NCBI GenBank assembly: GCA_963771175.1 | Contig: CAVYSY010000052.1 | Span: 192,001 to 256,000 of the forward strand | Length of the DNA: 64,000 nt | Reading direction: 5' to 3' | Source: an uncultured delta proteobacterium | GTDB taxonomy: Bacteria > Myxococcota > Myxococcia > Myxococcales > Myxococcaceae | Part shown: positions 52,500 through 62,665 of the stretch, piece after piece | Layout of the letters: the number at the start of each line of letters is the position of its first letter | How positions within the stretch are numbered: the first letter of the stretch is position 1 | Made by a program: the position numbers and the translations under genes | Notes under the pieces: model-generated | Seen by the model: only the letters and a program-made list of their open reading frames with translations | What the model was told of the DNA's origin: nothing | Database searches by the model: none

Positions 52500-52692
52500 G
52501 GGAGTGAGGCGTCCTCCTGGCTCGAAAAACCAGCATGGCATGGGAGGAGGCACCGTGCCGCCGCGGGAGGCCGCGCGCGTGCCACGGCTCCCCTCTTGGG
52601 CTGTCGCCGGAGCCAGGGGTAGCGCACACCGGAACCCCTCCGGAACGGGTGCGGCTCGGCCCCTGGCCCCGGCTCCAACTCGTGAGGCGCGG

Positions 52693-53067
52693 TTACTCGT
52701 CGGCCGGGCCCTCCAACACCTTCGCCACGCGCATCAGCCGTTTCACTTCCCCGGGGCGCCACCCGCGCAACATGCGCACGAGCTGCCGCAGCTCCGGGGA
52801 GAGGCTGCCCTCCGGGGTTGGTGCCTCCAGGGAGAGAGCCACGTCCGCCCTGCTCAACTCCAGCAGCACGTCGGCGGAGATGCCGAGGGCGAGGGCCATC
52901 TTCCGCAGCGTGGGGACGGACGGCATCATGCCGCCGCGTTCAATGCGTCCGTAGACGTTGGGAGCAAGGCAGGCCTGCTTCGCCACCTGGGCCTGGGTGA
53001 GCCCCAGCCGCTCACGTGCCATGCGGCAAACGTTACCGAGGGACTTCTGGAGGTGTGGGGGTTCCAT
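52693..53067 (-). CDS. XRE-family HTH transcriptional regulator
   Basis: ARERLGLTQAQVA...VYGRIERGGMMPSVPTL..MALALGISADVLL. Confidence 0.92.
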   Translation of the reverse strand: MEPPHLQKSLGNVCRMARERLGLTQAQVAKQACLAPNVYGRIERGGMMPSVPTLRKMALALGISADVLLELSRADVALSLEAPTPEGSLSPELRQLVRMLRGWRPGEVKRLMRVAKVLEGPADE

Positions 53068-53087
53068 GGAGGGCGTGGCGAGCGGGC

Positions 53088-54266
53088 TCAGTGGACACCG
53101 CCGGGCTCGTCGGACTTCAGGTCCGGGGGCACGGGAAGGACGCCCTGCTCCACGTCCACATGAGCCGCCAGCTTCCGCAGGTCGGAGGCTTCCTTGAGGA
53201 TTTCACTCATCTCCGCCTCGGCCTCCTTCGCACCGTAGGTCCGGCCTGGACGGGCGTGGAGGAAGTCGCGCAGGTCGTAGCGCATGTCGTCGGCCGACGG
53301 GTAGCGCTCGGCGGGGTTGGGCCGCAGCGCCCTCGTCACCACCTTGCGCAGGGGCCCGGGCAGCTCCCTGGCCGCGCGCTCCACCTCGTCCGGGCCGAAG
53401 TGCAGCACGCGGTTGGCGAGCGTCTCCAACGGCAGCAGCGTGGAGCGCTCGGCGCGTACCTCGGGAGGGAAGCGCTCCTCGAGGTCCTCCCACAACTGGT
53501 CGGGAGGGTCCAAGGGGTAGCGGGAGAGCAACATCTCCAGCAGCACCAGGCCGAGGGAGAAGATGTCGGCCCGGCCGTCCAGTTTTCGGGGCGTGAGCAG
53601 GTCCCTCTGCCGAGCCTCCGGCTTGAGGAAGCCGAGGAGGATTTCCGGGGCGATGTAGGCCGGGTCTCCCCGAAGCAGCCCGTGCCGCGTGGGAATCCGT
53701 CCGAGCAGCTCCGCGTAGGCGGCGCCGAAGTTGGTGAGCTTGACGCGACCACTCGCCCCCAGGCGGATGCGCATGGGGCCCACGGCGCGGTGGACGAGCT
53801 TGAGGGGGTTGCCGTCCTCGTCCTCACAGCGGTGCGCGTAGTCGAGGGCGGCGGCCACCTCGGCGGCGACGTACGCCGAGAAGTCGGGACTCAGCTTGCG
53901 CCCCACCAACCAGGCCGCGTCCATGAGGGTGAGCAGGAAGCAGCCGCGCAGGTGCTCCATGACGATGGAGGGCTGCTCATCCCACACCACGTACCCGTAC
54001 ACGGTGGCGATGTTGGGGTGACGCAGGACCTTGGAGAGACTCACCTCCTCCAAGGCCCGGTGCCTCGCCTCACGCCCGTGCTCCATGACGATGGGCTTGA
54101 GGACGACGAGCTTCGCTCCTCCCCCCTGGAGGGGCTCTCGCGTGGCGAGCAGGAGGGTGTCGTAGTCGGGGTGGACGACGAGGGGACGCACCACCTCGTA
54201 GCGGAAGTCGCCCACCTGGAAGGGCTGGTGGGGCTTGAGTCCGCCGGGATTCTTCGGCTCGGACAT
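53088..54266 (-). CDS. Degenerate Ser/Thr kinase (pseudokinase)
   Basis: Kinase fold (LRHPNIA, YIAPE, ADIFSLG) with HRAVGP in place of HRDLKP, TNFG in place of DFG, and no Gly-rich loop. Confidence 0.88.
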   Translation of the reverse strand: MSEPKNPGGLKPHQPFQVGDFRYEVVRPLVVHPDYDTLLLATREPLQGGGAKLVVLKPIVMEHGREARHRALEEVSLSKVLRHPNIATVYGYVVWDEQPSIVMEHLRGCFLLTLMDAAWLVGRKLSPDFSAYVAAEVAAALDYAHRCEDEDGNPLKLVHRAVGPMRIRLGASGRVKLTNFGAAYAELLGRIPTRHGLLRGDPAYIAPEILLGFLKPEARQRDLLTPRKLDGRADIFSLGLVLLEMLLSRYPLDPPDQLWEDLEERFPPEVRAERSTLLPLETLANRVLHFGPDEVERAARELPGPLRKVVTRALRPNPAERYPSADDMRYDLRDFLHARPGRTYGAKEAEAEMSEILKEASDLRKLAAHVDVEQGVLPVPPDLKSDEPGGVH

Positions 54267-54647
54267 GGGAGGCTCCTGGGAGTCAGTACTCGTCCAACTC
54301 CGCGAGCGCACCGCGCGTGGATGCATACGCCGGGGGCGGCGTGTTGCTGGCGCACGCCAGGGGATACAGCCACGCGAGGAAGACGGCGACAAACAGGCCC
54401 GGCGAGAGACGGGCGGAACCCATGGACAGACGACTCCCCTTCCGGCGCGAAAGAGCTTCGCTCGGCACGATGGCACCTCCAGAGCACCAATGACTTGGAT
54501 TTGGCTGACGACCAGACAGGTAGCACAGCCCAACGAAGGAGGGAAGCCCTGTCCAACCACGGAGGTCATCCAAACGGGCCAACCCGTCAGAGCGGCAGAT
54601 GCCTGTTTTCACGCGAGGAGCGCCAGCCTCGGCGACTTGGAATCGAT

Positions 54648-54671
54648 AAGTCAGGCCAGCCAGCCTGACTT
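54648..54671. promoter_or_regulatory. Perfect 9-bp inverted repeat, candidate operator
   Basis: AAGTCAGGC-cagcca-GCCTGACTT in the divergent intergenic region. Confidence 0.45.
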
Positions 54672-54799
54672 CGTACGTTGGTCGCCACGCAAGCTTGAAA
54701 GCATGAAGCTCCCGGTGCATTCCGCATCGGGCGCGGCGCGCACCCCTTGATGGTAGGAAGGCGCCACCATGGCTCGCCTGACCCTGCCCCCACCATCCA

Positions 54800-56335
54800 A
54801 TGCGCGCTGACCCGGCCTGGACTCCGCGGGCGGGCTTGCTGCTCGCCATGGCCCTGCTCTCCGCCGGCTGTGCGTCGCTGACACCACCGCCCGGCCGGGG
54901 AATGAACCTGCGCTACATGCCGCACGAGGCCACGGGGCCCTCGCTGGCCGGAGCGCCGGGCGAGGAGTCTCCGCTCACCCGCCCCTCCCCTCCTGAGCCC
55001 GAGGCACCGGAGCGGCTGCACCGTCGCCGGGACTCGCGGGAGACCGTGACGGCGGCGGGCCCTGGCAGGGCCGAGGGGAATGCGTGGCTGAGCGCCCTCT
55101 CGGCCCAGGTGGCGTTTCTCGGGGCCGCGGACGAGGTGTCCTCCTCCTCGCGCCGCATCTCCCGCGAACTCACCAGACTCAAGGCCAGCTACCAGGGCAT
55201 CGCCGGCGCGGGCAACGGCATCTTCGTCGGCTACCTCGAGTATGGCGAACGTCAACGGCGGTGGATTGACGCCGAGCTCGCCGCCGCCACCCGGCTGGCC
55301 ACCGCCGCCTCGGAGGTGGAGGACCCGGACATGCGGCTCGCCCTGCTGCGCCTGGCCGGCCCACGGTTGGAGGCCTCCATGCTTGGCTCCCTTCTGCTGG
55401 CCGTCTGGTTCGACTTCCTCGACCTCACCGACACCGCGCTCTCCCGGCACCTCCATGGCGTGGAGACGCTGTACGTGGACATGGAGCGCTTCCAGCAAAT
55501 GCTCGAGCCCTCCATGACGGCGCTCTCCTCCCTGGAGCCAGCGCAGGTGGAGGCTGCGGCGGAGGACATGCCCGCCCTGGTAGGCCACCTCACCAGCGAG
55601 TTCGCCGCACTCCGTGAGGCCATGCGCAAGGGGGCGGAAGTCCTCCAGACGGCGCTGGTGCTGAAAGAGGCCATAGAGGCCCTCACCACGCTCTCGGCGC
55701 TGAGGTTCTCATTGCCCAGGCTGCTGCCGCGAGCTGGCCCCGCCACGCTCGGCGTGGGCCTCATGGTGGGCTCCAACGGCGTGATGATGGGCACACGGAT
55801 TGTCGTCTCCGCCGAGTGGGTGGAGATGATGCAGCGGCTGGTGCGGGCGGGCGTCCTCTCACTTCCCGCCGTCAGCGCCGCCGTGCGGATTCAGGCCGGC
55901 CAGGTGATGATGGCCGAGGCGCACGGCGAGCTGCCCAGGGGCGTGCGCGAGGCGCTCGGCGATGGGCCCGAGGTGCGGGGCATGCGCGTGACGGGCAAGG
56001 CGGGGGCCGGCATGGCCGAGCCCCCGGAGCACCACGTCCTGCCCAAGGAGTTCCGCGAGTGGTTCGAGAAGCGCGGCTTCACCGGCGAGATGGACATCGA
56101 CCAGTTCTGCGTCAGGCTGGAGCAGGCAAACCATCAGGCGCTCCATGGTGGTGGCAGCTGGCAGCTCGGGCGCAAATGGCCCGGCGAATGGAACCGGATG
56201 ATCATGAAGGCTCTGCGCGATGCCGAGGTTGATGCTGGCCGGATGTTGACGCGGAACGAGATCCTGAGTCTCGTCGCGAAGCGAATGAAGGACTACAATA
56301 TCCCGATGAACTTCATTCGCTGGAGAGGGAGATGA
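54800..56335 (+). CDS. Long-form DUF2380 lipoprotein toxin, copy 2 (intact)
   Basis: Lipobox LSAGC; HHVLPKEFREWF...IDQFCV...HQALHGGG...WPGEWN. Confidence 0.87.
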   Translation: MRADPAWTPRAGLLLAMALLSAGCASLTPPPGRGMNLRYMPHEATGPSLAGAPGEESPLTRPSPPEPEAPERLHRRRDSRETVTAAGPGRAEGNAWLSALSAQVAFLGAADEVSSSSRRISRELTRLKASYQGIAGAGNGIFVGYLEYGERQRRWIDAELAAATRLATAASEVEDPDMRLALLRLAGPRLEASMLGSLLLAVWFDFLDLTDTALSRHLHGVETLYVDMERFQQMLEPSMTALSSLEPAQVEAAAEDMPALVGHLTSEFAALREAMRKGAEVLQTALVLKEAIEALTTLSALRFSLPRLLPRAGPATLGVGLMVGSNGVMMGTRIVVSAEWVEMMQRLVRAGVLSLPAVSAAVRIQAGQVMMAEAHGELPRGVREALGDGPEVRGMRVTGKAGAGMAEPPEHHVLPKEFREWFEKRGFTGEMDIDQFCVRLEQANHQALHGGGSWQLGRKWPGEWNRMIMKALRDAEVDAGRMLTRNEILSLVAKRMKDYNIPMNFIRWRGR

Positions 56336-56801
56336 GCGGCGGAGGTGCATGGGAGGGCAACTGGAAGGCGCGCCTGTATGAGCGGGTCCGCGAGCGCGGT
56401 TACGCTTCGCTCACCGCTTTCGCTGAAGCTCGCCCCGCCGTCCCGCTGTACTTGCTGGCCGAAGAACTAGGCAAAGACGACGTTGCCGGAGTGCAAGTGT
56501 TGAGCGGGTTGCTCGCCGAGGCCGAGCAGCGCAAACAGGTCACGCGCTTTGTGCGCGATGTACTCGTGCGCATGTTGTCCAAAGCGTCCCCGACGGTTGG
56601 CCGGCAATCATGGATGATGCCAATCGTTTCAAGGTTGCCGAGGCGCTCGGCTCCTGGTCTGCCTACACCCCTGAAACTCATGAGAAGCGCGTCGAACGGG
56701 CCAGGGCAGCGCTCCGTGCCACGCCGCCACCACCCGGTTGGCGTCCACTCGGCCCCGATGACGAGCTACTCCTCACGCTCCTGCCTGATGAGGAAGCCTG
56801 A
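56332..56801 (+). CDS. Putative immunity protein 1 (one frameshift near 56585)
   Basis: ATGA overlap with the toxin; ends WRPLGPDDELLLTLLPDEEA. Confidence 0.78.
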
Positions 56802-56823
56802 ACTTCGTCCCGTGGAGAGGGCG

Positions 56824-57294
56824 ATGAGAGACGGACGCACCTGGGATGGCAATTGGCGGGCCCGCCTGTATGAGCGGGTTCGCGAACGTGGTTACGCTTC
56901 GCTCACCGCCTTCGCCGAGGCGCGTCCTGCCGTCCCGCTGTATGTGCTGGCCGAGGAACTGGGCAGGGACGACGTTGCCGCCGTGCAGGTGTTGAGCGGG
57001 TTGCTCGCCGAGGCCGAGCAGCGCAAGCAGGTCACGCGCTTCGTGCGCGATGTGCTTGTGCGACAGTTATCCCAGAGTCTCCCCGAGGGTTGGCCAGCCG
57101 CGCTGGACGACGGCAACCGTTTCAAGGTCGCCAAGGCACTCGGTTTATGGTCTGCCTTCACCCCAGAAGAATATGAGGAGCGCGTCGATCAGGTCGGCGA
57201 TGCGCTCCTCGCCACGCCACCGCCGCCCGGGTGGCGCCCACTCGGCCCCGACGACGAGCTGCTGCTCACGCTCCTGCCCGACGAGGAAGCCTAA
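56824..57294 (+). CDS. Putative immunity protein 2 (orphan tandem paralogue)
   Basis: Intact 156-aa paralogue of the preceding gene. Confidence 0.8.
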   Translation: MRDGRTWDGNWRARLYERVRERGYASLTAFAEARPAVPLYVLAEELGRDDVAAVQVLSGLLAEAEQRKQVTRFVRDVLVRQLSQSLPEGWPAALDDGNRFKVAKALGLWSAFTPEEYEERVDQVGDALLATPPPPGWRPLGPDDELLLTLLPDEEA

Positions 57295-57597
57295 TCATCT
57301 TCAGGGAGTTCGGTTGACGAGCGGGTTGTTGCACAAGAGCCATCTCCCGTGGAGGCCGAACGAATCTGGAGTGAGCTGGCTGGGGTATGGAGAGAACGTG
57401 TGAGAAGTTCAAGACGAGCGCGGCGACCCTGGAACTGTATGGAGCGACTTCATGGCGGGTATTCTTTCAGAGGCTCTGGGTGAACAAGGCCGCATCGAGT
57501 TCCAGGAACTGCCCCACGAGCAGCTCGCTCATTCACCGAGTACCCAGCTCCCCCGCCCTCCCACCGTCCCCCGGCCCCCAGCCCGGGAGGAGAGCGC

Positions 57598-60331
57598 TCA
57601 ATCGAGCACCTTCACGGCCTTCACCACGCTGTCCCCGAAGCCCTCTCCCTGGTGGATGGTGAAGCCCAATTGGCGGCAGACGTGCTGCATCGCTCCGTTG
57701 CCCCTCAGGATGTCCGCCACGATGTGCCGCAGCTCCCAGTCCCGTCCCACCTCCACCAGCCGCTTCAGCACCTCCGTCCCCAGGCCCTGACGTTGGATCG
57801 CGTCGCTGATGAGCAGCGCGAACTCGGCGTCCTCCGTCCCAGGCAGCCTCGTCAGGCGCCCCACTCCCAGAATCTCTCCCCCGTTCACCCGCTCCACCAC
57901 CAGCGCCATCTCGCGCCCGTAGTCGTTGAAGCAGATGCGCGCCAGCCGCTCGTGCGCCACCCGCTGGTCCAGCTTCATCATCCCCGCGTACCGCAAGAAC
58001 ACCGACTGCTCCGAGAGTGTCTTGTGGAACTCCACCATCCTCGGCTCGTCCTCGGGACGGATGGGCCGGATGACCACCGGCTCCCCATCCTTCAGCACGC
58101 ACCGCTCCACGTACTTCGTCGGGTACGGGAGGATGGCCAGCCTCGGCAGCTCCGCCTCCGTCACCTCCGGGCCGTGCAGCACCACCCGCGCGTCCAGCGC
58201 CACCAGCCGCTCCGCCGACGCCAGCAGCGGGTTGATGTCCAACTCCTTGATGAAGCGCTGCTCCACCACCAGCTGGCTGAAGCGCACCAGCAGCTTCTCC
58301 AGCTCCCCCAGGTCCACCGGCTCGCGCCCTCGCACTCCGCGCAGCGCCTCGTGGATGCGCGTCTGCTCCATCATCCGCCGCGCCAGCGTCGTGTTCAGCG
58401 GCGGCAGGCCCAGTGCTCTGTCCTTGAACACCTCCACCAGCGTGCCGCCCGCGCCGAACAGCAACACCGGCCCGAACTGCGCGTCCAGGCTGCTGCCCAC
58501 GATGAGCTCGTAGCCGTCCAGCTTCACCATGGGCTGCACCGTCACTCCCTCGAACGCGTCCGCCTGCCCGAGCTCCTCCAGCTTCTCGCGGATGTCCGTG
58601 AAGGCCTCGCGCACCTCCTCCGCCGTCCCCAGGTTCAGCTTCACCCCGCCCACGTCCGTCTTGTGGGTGATCCGTCCCGAGTGCAGCTTCAGCACCACCG
58701 GGTAGCCCAGCGACTCCGCCTCGCGCACCGCCTCGTCCGCGCTCGTGGCCAGCCGCGTCTCCACCACGGGAATCCCATACGCCGCCAGCAGCCGCTTGGA
58801 CTCGTGCTCCGTCAGCAGCAGGCGGCCCGCCTCGCGTGCCTCGCGGATGAGCGCCTCGGCCTCCTCGCGCCGCGCCGGCTCCTCCGTCAGGGACGGCGTC
58901 TCGTACAGGCCCGCCAGGTTGTACGAGTAGCGCCACATGTAATTGAAGATGCGCGCCGCCGTGTCCGGATAGCCGAACGTCGGAATCCCCACGTCGTTCA
59001 GGATGCGCTCGCCCGCCGCCACCTCCGAGCCTCCCATCCAGCTCGCGAGGACGGGCTTGCCCATCTTCACGTAGGGCTTCAGGCGATCCGCCGTCTGCGT
59101 GGGCTCGGTCATGTCCTGCGGCGTGAGGATGACGAGCAGGCCGTCGTTGTTCTCGTCCGCGCCCGCCACCTCGAGTGCCTTCGCGTAGCGCTCGGGGTCC
59201 GCGTCGCCCAGGATGTCCACCGGGTTGCCGTGGCTCCACGCCGACGGCAGGAAGCCGTCCAGCTCCGCCAGCGTCTTGTCCGACAGCTTCGCCAGCTCGC
59301 CGCCGCCCATCACCAGCGCGTCCGTGGCCAGCACCCCCGGGCCTCCCGCGTTGGTGAGGATGGTGAGGCGCCGGCCATCGGGGCGCGGCTGCTTGGCCAG
59401 CACCTCGGCCATGTAGAAGAGGTCCGCGATGGAGTCCACGCGCAGCACGCCCGTGCGCCGGAAGGCCGCGCTCAGCACCTCGTCGCTGCCCGTCAGCGAG
59501 CCCGTGTGCGAGGCCGCCGCCGCCGCCGCCTGCGCCGTGCGTCCCGCCTTGATGACGATGATGGGCTTGTGCAGCGCCACCTCGCGCGCCGCCGACAGGA
59601 AGCGCCCGCGCGTCGCCGATCGACTCCATGTAGATGAGGATGCTGCGCGTGCGCGGGTCGTCCCCCAGGTAGTCGATGACGTCGCCCCAGCCCACGTCCA
59701 GCATCGAGCCCATCGACACGAAGGCGCTGAAGCCCACCGCCTCGCGCATGCTCCAGTCGAGGATGGCGGTGAGCAGCGCTCCGCTCTGGCTGATGAAGGC
59801 CACGTTGCCCGACCTCGCCATCTCTCCCGCGAAGGTGGCGTTGAGCCCCGTGGGCGGTCGCATCACCCCCAGGCAGTTGGGGCCGATGATGCGAATGCCC
59901 GCCTGCCGGGCGATTTGAAGCACCTCCTGCTCCAGCTTCGCGCCCTCGGGGCCCACCTCCTTGAAGCCCGCCGAGATGATGATGACGCCCTTCACGCCCA
60001 GCTCCGCGCACTCGCGCATGACGTCGGGCACCGTGGTGGACGGCGTCACGATGACGGCGAGGTCCACCGGCTCGGGTAGCGCGCGCAGGGACGGCCAGGC
60101 CTTGATGCCCAGCACGTTCGGCCGCTTGGGGTTGATGGGGTAGACGGTGCCCCCGAAGGGGTTGCTGATGAGGTTCCAGAGGATGGTGCGACCCACGCTC
60201 CCCTGCCGCTCGCTCGCGCCCACCACCGCCACGCTGCGCGGGTTGAAGATGGCATCGAGCGGGTGACGGCCTCGTTGGTGCAGCAGGTCGTACGAGGGGT
60301 CGTTGGGCGGCGGGCGAGTCATCTGGGCCAT
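57598..60331 (-). CDS. Acetate-CoA ligase-like / GNAT fusion (Pat-type protein lysine acetyltransferase), one frameshift near 59600
   Basis: [62 protein letters not shown]...QRQGLG. Confidence 0.92.
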
Positions 60332-60475
60332 AGGGACTGCCTTCTCAGCCCGAACCCGCCTCCGGTTCAACCCTCAACGGAGTGACGAGTGCGTGTTGCG
60401 TTACCTGTGAGGCAGTGGAGCCCGGGGCCGTGGCGGGTGTGGAACAGGCCCGCTCGGAGGTAGGCTCTCCGGACC

Positions 60476-60997
60476 ATGGCTCGCCGCAAACAGGCCGATG
60501 AGACCACCGCCCGCGTCCGCAATCTGATTGCCCTCGATGCCGCCCACATCATGCGGCGGCTCGAGGCGCGCCGGAGCGAGATGTTCGTCCTCTTCTCCCG
60601 CCTGCGCAGCCGCGAGCCCATGCTCAGCACCCTCGCCACCCGCTACTCCTCGGCCACCTTCCACGACCTCGTCCACCTCCCCGCGCGCGAGCAGTCCGTC
60701 GTGGACCACTTCTACGAGAGCCTCGACGCCCTGCGCTGGTACTTCACCTACACCGAGGACATGCCCAGCACCGCCCAGCAGACCTTCAACACCCTCCACC
60801 GTCGGCTGGAGGAGGCCCACCGGTTGCTCGTCACCACCCTGGGCCACCCCGTCACTCCCGACGGCGTCACCATCGTCGAGGGCGAGGTTCTCCGCCGCGC
60901 CGAGCCCGCCCCCGAGGCCGCGCTCGTCCGCGCCTCGTCTCCTCGCAAGCGCCGCGTGGCTCCTCCCGCGAACGGCACGAGCGCCTCGGACGAGTAG
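60476..60997 (+). CDS. Hypothetical protein
   Basis: Clean ORF with high GC3 codon bias; no recognisable motif. Confidence 0.7.
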   Translation: MARRKQADETTARVRNLIALDAAHIMRRLEARRSEMFVLFSRLRSREPMLSTLATRYSSATFHDLVHLPAREQSVVDHFYESLDALRWYFTYTEDMPSTAQQTFNTLHRRLEEAHRLLVTTLGHPVTPDGVTIVEGEVLRRAEPAPEAALVRASSPRKRRVAPPANGTSASDE

Positions 60998-61141
60998 TCA
61001 CGGCACCTCCTCCCTCGGCGAGCGGGGACTCGGGCGTGAGCCCGCTCCCCGAGGAGCACCCGGGCGGCAGAGCCCTCGGTCCGGGCCACCTCCCCTCCCC
61101 GGGCTTCGGGGCCCACCCTGTGAAACGGGGAGGTCTCCGTC

Positions 61142-62578
61142 ATGTTCTTCCAGGCCATCCAGACGCCCGGCATCGCCCATGTCTCCTACGTGCTCGGCAG
61201 CAACGGGGAGGCCCTCGTGGTCGACCCGCGGCGCGACGTCGACGTCTATCTCGACGTGCTCCAGTCCCAGGGCCTGAACCTGCGCTACGTCCTCCAGACG
61301 CACCGCCAGGAGGACTTCGTCCTGGGCACCACCCTGCTCGCCCGCCTCACGGGCGCCCGGATCGTCGCTGGCAAGCACCCCATCACCGGCTATGCCGACC
61401 TCCTGATGGGCGAGCGCGAACGGCTCCAGCTCGGCGGCCTCTCCCTGCTCGCCCTCCACACCCCGGGCCACACCCCGGAGAGCATGAGCTGGGCCGTCTA
61501 CCTCGACACCCACCCCACCCTCGCCTGGGGCGTCTTCACCGGAGATGCGCTCTTCGCCGGGGAGACCGGCCGCACCGACCTGCAGGACCCCGAGCGCACC
61601 TTCGACAACGCCGCGCTCCTCTACGACTCGCTCCACCAGAAGGTGCTCCCCCTTGGGGACCAGGCGCTCGTCCTCCCGGCGCACGGCGCGGGCTCGGTGT
61701 GCGGCAGCCACATCGCCGACCGGGATTGGACCACGCTCGGCCTCGAGCGCCACCGCAACCCCGTCTTCACCCTCGAGCGCGACGCGTTCATCGAGCACAA
61801 GCTGCGCGAGCGCCTCCCCCGGCCGCCCCACTTCTGGCACATGGAGGAGCTGAACCTGCAGGGTGGCCTCGCGCTCGCCCGCAGGCCGAACGTCATCCCC
61901 CTGCTGTCACCTCGGGAGTTCCAGCAGTCCTCCCAGGACTGGCCCATCCTCGACGCGCGCGAGCCCGAGGCCTTCGCCGGCGGCCACCTCCCCGGCTCGT
62001 TGAACATCTGGATGGGCGGCCTGCCCATCTTCGCCGGCTGGGTGGCCCGCCACGACTCGCCGGTGTTCCTCGTGCTGCCCGAGCACGCGGAGGTCCAACA
62101 GGCGGTGCTCTCGCTGGCCCGCATCGGCATCGACCAGGTGGAGGGCATCCTCTCCGGCGGCTTCCGGGCCTGGAGCAGGGAGGGGCTGCCCGTCGAGCAC
62201 CACGCCACCCTCTCGCCCCTCGCGCTGCACGAGAACGCCCGGCGCTTCCAGACGCTGGACGTGCGGGAGATCTCCGAGTTCGAGGAGGGCCACATCCCGG
62301 GCGCCCGCCACGCCTACGTGGGCGAGCTGGAGGAGCGCCTGGCCGACCTGGGGCTGCGCGAGGACATGCCGGTGGCGGTGACATGCGGCTCGGGCCATCG
62401 GTCCGGATTGGCCACCAGCCTCCTGCTGCGCCAGGGCTTCCGGCGCGTGGCCAACCTGCTCGGCGGGATGAACGCGTGGAAGAAGCTGGACCTGCCGGTG
62501 GAGACAGGGGCGGCGCGTCCGGGCGAGGCCCCGCGCCCCTCGGAGGCGCAGGTCGGCGACGAGCTGTACTACGAGTAG
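61142..62578 (+). CDS. MBL-fold hydrolase / tandem rhodanese fusion
   Basis: VVDPRRD, THRQEDF, HTPGHT, FTGD, PAHGAGS.CG, two GH[LI]PG rhodanese domains, C-terminal CGSGHRS. Confidence 0.9.
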   Translation: MFFQAIQTPGIAHVSYVLGSNGEALVVDPRRDVDVYLDVLQSQGLNLRYVLQTHRQEDFVLGTTLLARLTGARIVAGKHPITGYADLLMGERERLQLGGLSLLALHTPGHTPESMSWAVYLDTHPTLAWGVFTGDALFAGETGRTDLQDPERTFDNAALLYDSLHQKVLPLGDQALVLPAHGAGSVCGSHIADRDWTTLGLERHRNPVFTLERDAFIEHKLRERLPRPPHFWHMEELNLQGGLALARRPNVIPLLSPREFQQSSQDWPILDAREPEAFAGGHLPGSLNIWMGGLPIFAGWVARHDSPVFLVLPEHAEVQQAVLSLARIGIDQVEGILSGGFRAWSREGLPVEHHATLSPLALHENARRFQTLDVREISEFEEGHIPGARHAYVGELEERLADLGLREDMPVAVTCGSGHRSGLATSLLLRQGFRRVANLLGGMNAWKKLDLPVETGAARPGEAPRPSEAQVGDELYYE

Positions 62579-62665
62579 GCGAGCGAGCGACGAGTCATTC
62601 CTCCGACAGGCCCTCCGGCCGGTTCCTGTCGGGCTCCGGGGCTTTCGTTTAGAGTCCCGGGCCGC

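Noticed and set aside
56332..57294. Apparent 320-aa tandem fusion ORF
   Set aside because: Produced by a single indel near 56585; two separate ~156-aa paralogues explain it.
57295..57597. AT-richer spacer with short ORFs after the last immunity gene
   Set aside because: No motif or convincing start; may be a remnant but cannot be supported.
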